Assembly: GCA_963717145.1 (NCBI GenBank)
Contig: OY970325.1
Coordinates: 1,792,001 to 1,856,000, forward strand
DNA length: 64,000 bases
Direction of reading: 5' to 3'
Origin: an uncultured Armatimonadetes bacterium
GTDB lineage: Bacteria > Armatimonadota > UBA5829 > DTJY01
Positions 57,915 through 64,000 of this stretch are shown here, piece after piece. Under the pieces are notes generated by a model. It was not told the origin of the DNA, did no database searches, and saw nothing but the letters and a program-made list of their open reading frames with translations. Position numbers and translations under genes: made by a program. Numbering within the stretch: the stretch's first letter is position 1; every line of letters begins with the position of its first letter.

Positions 57915-59134
57915 TCCCACCCCTCGTGTGTCTCTTTGACCTCGGATATCAAGCGCCCTATCGGGAGCAGTGTCTCAGTGACGTCGCCCGGCTTCACCCT
58001 CGACGCTTCCTCGACGATCGACCGATCATCCGCGCGCCGGACCACGGCGTATCCCCTCGCGAGGACTCTCAGTGGACTGAGGGCATCGAGCTTTGCGACA
58101 GTCATGCCGAACCGCCCCTCATACTGCGCCACCGATTCCTTCGCGGACGACGCGAGCCGTGCCGTGAGCAGATCGAGCGTCTGCCAGCGTGACTGAAGCA
58201 GTTCCTCTGGCCGGGCGAAGCATCTCGACCGCATCAGGGCATCGAGCCTGTTCCGCCCCTGGGATGCGCCTTCCCTCAGTGCGTCAGACATCGCGTCCGC
58301 AAGCGATCTCACCCGCGCCAGAAGCTCGTTCCGATCAGGGAAGACCAACTCGGCCGCGGCGGAGGGTGTCGGCGCTCGCAGATCGGCGACGAGATCCGCC
58401 AGGGTGTAGTCGGTCTCGTGCCCGATCGCCGAGACGACCGGCTTCTCACACGCGCATATCGCGCGGGCGACAGATTCGGTATTGAAGGTCCAGAGATCCT
58501 CGATCGATCCCCCACCCCGGCCCAGGATGATCACGTCCACATCGGGCAGGCTGTCCGCGAGTCGGAGGGCACTCACCACAGCATCCTCAGCGCCCGCGCC
58601 CTGCATCAGGCTCGGGATGAGCACGATGTCCGCCGAACAACAGCGCCGGTTCGCGACCGTCACCATGTCCCTGAGAGCGGCGGCCGTGCGCGACGTGATG
58701 ATTGCGACCCTGCGTGGATACCGCACGAGCGGTTTCTTCCGCTCCGCCTCGAAGAGCCCCTCCGCCTGGAGACGCGCCTTGAGCTTCTCGTAAGCCACGT
58801 ACAGCGCGCCGACTCCGTCCGGCGTGACCTCTGAAACGGTGAGTTGATACTGCCCCATCTTCTCATAGAGGCCGACCTTGCCGCGGATGATGACGCCCAT
58901 GCCGTCCGAGAGGTTGAAACGCCGGTTCTTCGCGATGCTCGCCCAGATCACGCATCGTATGAGCGCCGTCTGGTCCTTCAGCGAGAAGTAGACGTGGCCG
59001 TTCGCATGGCAGGTGAGGTTGCTGATCTCGCCTCGCACCCAGACGTCCTTGAGCAGTTCCTCCGTCTCGAGAATCCCTTTGATGCAGGAGGTCAACATCC
59101 CGACGGTCAGTATATTGCTCTGTTTGCCCGACAT
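57911..59134 (-). CDS. xseA: Exodeoxyribonuclease VII large subunit (start may be 59218)
   Basis: VWVRGEISN, GHVYFSLKD, GRGGGSIEDLW, SAIGHETD, RAPTPSAAAE, LSPLRVLARGY. Confidence 0.96.
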   Translation of the reverse strand: MSGKQSNILTVGMLTSCIKGILETEELLKDVWVRGEISNLTCHANGHVYFSLKDQTALIRCVIWASIAKNRRFNLSDGMGVIIRGKVGLYEKMGQYQLTVSEVTPDGVGALYVAYEKLKARLQAEGLFEAERKKPLVRYPRRVAIITSRTAAALRDMVTVANRRCCSADIVLIPSLMQGAGAEDAVVSALRLADSLPDVDVIILGRGGGSIEDLWTFNTESVARAICACEKPVVSAIGHETDYTLADLVADLRAPTPSAAAELVFPDRNELLARVRSLADAMSDALREGASQGRNRLDALMRSRCFARPEELLQSRWQTLDLLTARLASSAKESVAQYEGRFGMTVAKLDALSPLRVLARGYAVVRRADDRSIVEEASRVKPGDVTETLLPIGRLISEVKETHEGWE

Positions 59135-59288
59135 CCCGAGCGAATCCCGGCCCGAATCGCTCAGCAGTTGTCCGGATTCGTCGAAGTTGATCGAGCGGCG
59201 CGGCTTGCTGTAACGCATGGTGCAAGTATAGGCGGTCGTACAGCCAAGGTCAAGGAGAGTGTGGGAGTATGGGAGCAGCGCAGAACCA

Positions 59289-59339
59289 GCCGCCCTTCGA
59301 TACATGCCGTCATTCACCGGCACACTCAGGGCTGACGGT
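59289..59339. repeat. Degenerate half copy of the 42503 REP, flanked by inverted 8-mer repeats
   Basis: GCCGCCCTTCGATACATGCCGTCATTCACCGGCACACTCAGGGCTGACGGT. Confidence 0.8.
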
Positions 59340-59443
59340 TCCCAGTCCCCAACAGGCCCGCACTCCCACACTCCCATACTCTCCCTGATTGCCACTCCCG
59401 CGCAAACGGGTACAACTCTTCTATATGCGCGAAGAGGAGAACC

Positions 59444-60124
59444 ATGTCACGCCAGACCCTGACGAACGCGCGGATTACCGATGACGATATCGCGAGGGAG
59501 ATCATGGAGAGCCTCGCCTGGGATACCAGGATCCACTACCCTCACATACGCGTGACGGTGGACGGCGGCCTCGTCTTCCTGAGCGGTGTCGTCGAGCGCC
59601 TGGTGGAGAAGCAGGCCGCCGAGGAAGACGCCGCGCGCCTCGCAGGAGTCACCCAGGTCATGAGCAACATCGTCGTCCGGCCCGACATGCCCATCACGGA
59701 CGGTGAGATTGCGGAGAACATCCGACGGGCGTTCCGCCGGGACGTCCGGATTGACGAAGATGAGTACGAGGTCTGGGTCGAGAACAGGGTCGCCACAATC
59801 GGAGGCCAGGTCACCAGCATCATCGGGAAGTTGGATGCACTCGATGTCGCGGCCCTCACGTATGGAGTCGCGGGCCTTGTAGATCAGATCGAGGTGCTGC
59901 CTGCCGATCCGACATCCGGGCATCACCTGGAGGCGCTTGTGTCGATCGCCCTCGAACGAACGGCGAACCTCGACGAGCGCAGGATTCACGCCCACATCGA
60001 CGACCGTACCGTCACCCTGACGGGAGACGTCGACTTCCTCTATCAGCGACGCGAGGCCGAAAGAGCCGTCTCCGACATCCCCGGCGTGGCTCAGATCCGC
60101 AACGAGATCGGAGTCGAGCTGTGA
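59444..60124 (+). CDS. Triple BON-domain (OsmY-like) protein
   Basis: Three repeats of the type I.V.V..G.V.L.G.V.......A...A..+.GV..V.N.I; GAGGAG RBS. Confidence 0.9.
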   Translation: MSRQTLTNARITDDDIAREIMESLAWDTRIHYPHIRVTVDGGLVFLSGVVERLVEKQAAEEDAARLAGVTQVMSNIVVRPDMPITDGEIAENIRRAFRRDVRIDEDEYEVWVENRVATIGGQVTSIIGKLDALDVAALTYGVAGLVDQIEVLPADPTSGHHLEALVSIALERTANLDERRIHAHIDDRTVTLTGDVDFLYQRREAERAVSDIPGVAQIRNEIGVEL

Positions 60125-60224
60125 GGCTCTGCGCCGCATCGAGGAGACGACGGTCGAGAATATCCGGGCGTTCGTCCACATCGCGTGCCGAATACCATCC
60201 GCGCCTCCGCGTAGGACAGACGGG

Positions 60225-62291
60225 CTACTCCCGGAGTTCCACCACCGTAGCCCTGACCTGCGGGTAGAGATCGCTGCCGGACTTGAAGCACGTGCTGATC
60301 CCTGTGACGTTGACCTGCTTGCCGATGCTGTTGGCACCACCGGGAGCGGTACCGACCACTTTCAGTCCAAGGTGCCCGGAGCCGTCATCCCCACGAAACC
60401 CATCGGCCACGTAGAAGTACCCGGTGCCGACGAACTCGATTTCCCCCGTCACAGAGACCAGCAGGCCAATGTTGTTGAGCTGTACAGAGTCCTTGACACC
60501 CTTCTGTCCCTCGCCGTTGACAGCATTGTATGCCCAGTCGCCGCCACCGACGCCTCGGTTGATGAGGAAGAGCGGATCGACCGAGCCATTCCCATCCTGA
60601 GTAGCCGACAACGCTTGGATGTATTTTTCTCCGTGCGTATTCGTCTTCAGTGTCCCTTCCGCATCTGCCCGCATTCCAACCTGCAGCCCGTGGCCTGACT
60701 TGTACACGGCTATGCCACACGCTCGGTCATCCGCCTCCAGATAGAAGATGCTGCTGAACACAGCGGTCACTACCGCGTCCGTAATGACGACCACGGAATC
60801 GTTGGCGCGGCGCTTGACCTGGTTGATGCTGGTCTCCGTATTGACAGTGTAGGATCCTGAAGCCACGTCACTTGCCGACCAGCCCGTCTTCCAGGCCCTC
60901 ACCTTGAGTACCTGCGTGGAGGCAACGAAGAGCGCGGATCCCGCCGACACCTGGGGGTCCTGCTCCGTCGGATCGACTCCGGTCCGAGTGTAGTGGAGCG
61001 TCGCGTCCGGAGTTGGGCAATCGACGGTAACCAGGACCGGCGCATCGTACACTCCCGTTTCAGGGCTCAGAGTCGGCGTCAGCACTCTGTCACACTCGTC
61101 AGCGCCAATGTCGACATGAGTGCCCACAGTCCGCGCCTGCCCGTCGATGTCGAGCCAGGAGGGCAGGACAATCCCATCGGAACCGGCATCTATGCAAGGT
61201 GACTGGGGAGTGGTCTTGAGATGGTAGTCGCCACTTGCCATGGCCACAAAACAGGGGTCCGCGTCTATGTCACCGAGGGATGGAGACAAGCCTTCATAGT
61301 TGAACCAGCTGTTCCCATAGATGCAATTGTGGTTGAATGCAAAAACGTTAGCATAAGAATCCTTGTAGACGCCGGACTGGTTCAGAGCGACTATGTTGTT
61401 CTCCATCCGGCCCCCCCAACACCAGGAGCAATATACGGCTCCGTATCCTCCGTTCCCGGCGATAGTATTGTTCTGGAGGGATAGTGATCCCCCGAACCAT
61501 AGGACTCCGCCACCTTCAACCGCCTGGTTATCCACTATCAGGTTGTTATGCACATTGGCAGTGGCATCCCTGGCATAGATCCCACCTCCCCTGTACGAGG
61601 AGGTGTTATGGCTAATGACATTGTTGCTGATAATCGGTCTGCTCGCGTCAGCACAGAATATTCCTGCGCCACGTGGCGAGCTGTTGTTCGAGATGACGTT
61701 CCACGATATCGTCGGCGATGAGTTGCCGTCAATGTAGATGCCGCCGCCTCCGAAGTACTGGTCGTTGCTGGTCGTGGTGTTCTGAATGATCTTGTTATGG
61801 CTGATCGTAGGGGAGTAACCGTTGCAGAAGATACCTCCGCCGGAAGTCGCGCGCCCGTTCCGGATTGTGAAGCCATCTATGAGCACATTGTTGCCGAACT
61901 CGGGTGTGACGACCGATGATCCGCCATTATTCCCGTCGATGATCGCCTCGTTCGGGTCGGGACCGGTCCTGGAAAATGGCGGTCGCTCGGCCAGGGCGGA
62001 TTCCGTACCCTGGAAACCGCCGTAGAGCGCGACGCCCGATTTCAGGGTGATCCGCTCCACGTAAGTTCCACGCGCGACCCAGACCTGCTCCTTGGTGACA
62101 TCGGCGTCGTCAAGGCCCTGCTGGATGCTGTGATAGGCCGTATCCCACGAGCCGCCATCATAGGTGGGCGGCGATCCGCTGCCGGGTGAATCCGACTTGA
62201 CATAGACTACCGCCAGGGCAGTCGAGGCTACGAGGAAGAGTAGTAGGCTTGCCGTCAGTACCACATGGGTGAATCTGGATCTGAACATCAT
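60225..62291 (-). CDS. Secreted right-handed beta-helix protein with FN3-associated domain and lineage-type C-terminal module
   Basis: DGGSWDTAYHSIQQG..VWVARGTY, GGGI repeats, SPCIDAG..VDIGADE, ATLHYTRTGVDPT, C-terminal AVVT..FY.EADDR..GI..LNNIGLLV..FYVADG..VTGIS. Confidence 0.88.
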   Translation of the reverse strand: MMFRSRFTHVVLTASLLLFLVASTALAVVYVKSDSPGSGSPPTYDGGSWDTAYHSIQQGLDDADVTKEQVWVARGTYVERITLKSGVALYGGFQGTESALAERPPFSRTGPDPNEAIIDGNNGGSSVVTPEFGNNVLIDGFTIRNGRATSGGGIFCNGYSPTISHNKIIQNTTTSNDQYFGGGGIYIDGNSSPTISWNVISNNSSPRGAGIFCADASRPIISNNVISHNTSSYRGGGIYARDATANVHNNLIVDNQAVEGGGVLWFGGSLSLQNNTIAGNGGYGAVYCSWCWGGRMENNIVALNQSGVYKDSYANVFAFNHNCIYGNSWFNYEGLSPSLGDIDADPCFVAMASGDYHLKTTPQSPCIDAGSDGIVLPSWLDIDGQARTVGTHVDIGADECDRVLTPTLSPETGVYDAPVLVTVDCPTPDATLHYTRTGVDPTEQDPQVSAGSALFVASTQVLKVRAWKTGWSASDVASGSYTVNTETSINQVKRRANDSVVVITDAVVTAVFSSIFYLEADDRACGIAVYKSGHGLQVGMRADAEGTLKTNTHGEKYIQALSATQDGNGSVDPLFLINRGVGGGDWAYNAVNGEGQKGVKDSVQLNNIGLLVSVTGEIEFVGTGYFYVADGFRGDDGSGHLGLKVVGTAPGGANSIGKQVNVTGISTCFKSGSDLYPQVRATVVELRE

Positions 62292-62398
62292 CGTTGCCTC
62301 CAAGACACATGTTGGCTATGGCAGTTCGTTTGGTGAAAAATGCGTCTCCGGCGTGCGAGAGGAATGGGGGATACGCCGTTTGCTGGACGAGACAGGTT

Positions 62399-62427
62399 AT
62401 TGTACCGGGTTGCCGTCGCATTGTCAA
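62399..62427 (-). promoter_or_regulatory. Near-consensus sigma70 promoter
   Basis: TTGACA-N17-TACAAT upstream of the beta-helix gene. Confidence 0.75.
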
Positions 62428-62443
62428 CAACAACCCTGAAAAC

Positions 62444-63876
62444 GGGTGGAATTCCTCAGAGTGGGTAGAGCACGGCTCAGGCGGCACGTGCTGCGTGCTC
62501 GATCCGAGCCAGTTCGCCGCTTAGGAGGGCAGTTCTCACCGCGAGCACTGCATCTGCGCCGTCCTTCGTCCATCGCATCCCGGCTTGCTTTAACCTCTGG
62601 CCTACTATCACCTTGCACGCCGCTTCCACCGGACCGCTGCCTATCATCATCCCCTTGGCCCTGTATGCCGGGTAGTTCATGTACTTGCGGTACTTTCTGA
62701 AGTAGCCTGTCTCGATCCGAAGCGCTTCCCTCTCAGAATCGTTTCGTGCTCTGCGCCGCTTCATGGCTCTAAGCAGACTCCCCGGCCCCTTCTCTTTAAG
62801 CTTCCGGCAGTGTTCGTTTGCCCAGCGCTTCCCTTTGGGATTCCCCTCTCCGTAGAGTGTCCGCGCCAAGCCGTATATGTGCTCACAGGCATGCCAGTAG
62901 TCGATGATCTTGATGCTCTCCGGCAGATGATTCCTGACCTCTCTCCATATCCAGTCTGCGCCGTCGGCGATCACTATACGCTCTTTTGCCCCGTCATAGC
63001 CGGCTTGCAGTGCTCTGGTGTATACCCGTCTCCCGAACTCGTCGCTCGTCTCTTGCGCCGCTATGTAGCGCGAGTTGGTGACGGTATCCGTGTCTTTGCC
63101 TGCAGCCGGAACGCCTTCGTATACCACCATGGTCTTGATGTCATGCCACTGGCCATCGGTGTGCGCTTTGGCCGCGTCTATGCCAATGTAGAGCCTCTGT
63201 GGCGTCGCCTCGCAGGAGACCTCTTCACCTGTGTCTACCACAGAGATGATCGCTTCCTGCTCCTCTCGGCGGAGGCATTCCCCAACATCCCGGACTATCT
63301 CTTCTTCGCTGCTCTCTTCGATCGCAATACCCGTGGTTCGCTCGATCAGCCTTGCGGCTGCTTCATATGGAAGCGCGGCGCAGATCGAGGCGGTGAGTTC
63401 CTTCACTCTGGCGGTCCATACTCTCTCGGACAGCCCCTGCTCGCGGTCCCATGGAATGTAGCCCCGCCTGCAATGGTCGCAACGGTAGTATGACCTCTCG
63501 ACCTCTATGTCTCCGTGCAAAGTCCGAATGAAGCGTTTCCGGTATCCCTTGAACCTGGCCAGTCTGCCGCATTCGCATTCTATCCCAACACCCTTGTAGG
63601 TGGGCTTTCCGCTCATCTTGGCGGCAACCTCACTCATCATTGCGCCGGCAATCTGACGCGCCAGGATCTGAATACGCTCCTCGGCTGACCCTAAGTCCGT
63701 GCAATCGATGTAGCTGCGCGCAAAGTCGCGAGCGGCCTGAAGGAGGGAGTCTGTGTGCAAAAGTGTAAGCATTCTCTGGGAGTCTCCTTTCGGAATGTTT
63801 GTCCTTCAACAAACCATTACCGACTATTACAGGAGACTCCTTCCTTACTTGCTACCCACTCAACGCGAATGCACCC
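62444..63876 (-). mobile_element. Complete ISKra4-like insertion sequence
   Basis: 25-bp imperfect TIRs GGGTGGAATTCCTCAGAGTGGGTAG / GGGTGCATTCGCGTTGAGTGGGTAG; 9-bp target duplication CCTGAAAAC at 62435-62443 and 63877-63885. Confidence 0.93.
62477..63772 (-). CDS. ISKra4/UPF0236-family DDE transposase
   Basis: CECG..YYRCDHC zinc motif, IADGADWIW, IDYWHACEH, MNYPAYR..G..IGSGPVEAACK, RLKQAGMRW. Confidence 0.93.
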   Translation of the reverse strand: MLTLLHTDSLLQAARDFARSYIDCTDLGSAEERIQILARQIAGAMMSEVAAKMSGKPTYKGVGIECECGRLARFKGYRKRFIRTLHGDIEVERSYYRCDHCRRGYIPWDREQGLSERVWTARVKELTASICAALPYEAAARLIERTTGIAIEESSEEEIVRDVGECLRREEQEAIISVVDTGEEVSCEATPQRLYIGIDAAKAHTDGQWHDIKTMVVYEGVPAAGKDTDTVTNSRYIAAQETSDEFGRRVYTRALQAGYDGAKERIVIADGADWIWREVRNHLPESIKIIDYWHACEHIYGLARTLYGEGNPKGKRWANEHCRKLKEKGPGSLLRAMKRRRARNDSEREALRIETGYFRKYRKYMNYPAYRAKGMMIGSGPVEAACKVIVGQRLKQAGMRWTKDGADAVLAVRTALLSGELARIEHAARAA

Positions 63877-64000
63877 CCTGAAAACTGGTATTATTACCAG
63901 GTGAGGCGTACTGAGAGACTGACCGGCAAAGCTGAGGTGACTCTGATAAGCGCGGAGAACCTGGTATTCTTACCAGTTATTGCCCAAACCCCTTGACATA

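Overview
High-GC bacterial chromosomal window. An Armatimonadota-like origin is inferred from the protein families only. Contents: (i) a window-truncated secreted protein and a GH36-like glycosidase; (ii) a ~10 kb defence island with a 5'-truncated DUF3800-like gene followed by a nested-stem RNA-like element, a Type I R-M system (hsdR/M/S) with an uncharacterised gene between hsdR and hsdM, a PD-(D/E)XK-like 2-TM protein, a HEPN (RxxxxH) protein and an Mrr-type nuclease; (iii) an 800-bp repeat block with a 43-bp x ~6.7 array, a 45-bp perfect inverted repeat and a 40-bp x5 hairpin array (neither array is a CRISPR); (iv) a kdpFABC operon with extra small peptides and a kinase-less KdpD; (v) a long minus-strand carbohydrate-use run (GH95, GH129, GH51, LarA-like, nitrilase, deacetylase, DegT, DUF6785-like membrane protein, FG-GAP, TPR); (vi) KimA-like K+ transporter plus STAS-USP-USP, a modular C1 peptidase, sialidase, glyQS, ridA, xseAB, BON and beta-helix proteins, and a complete ISKra4-like element with 25-bp TIRs and a 9-bp TSD. 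Most notable: REP-like palindromes from several families inserted in-frame inside four (probably five) genes; a shared C-terminal module on two unrelated secreted proteins; the DUF3800-linked structured RNA; and the accessory genes and tandem arrays of the defence island. Several single-base frameshifts look like assembly errors. All family calls are from motif recognition, not database searches.
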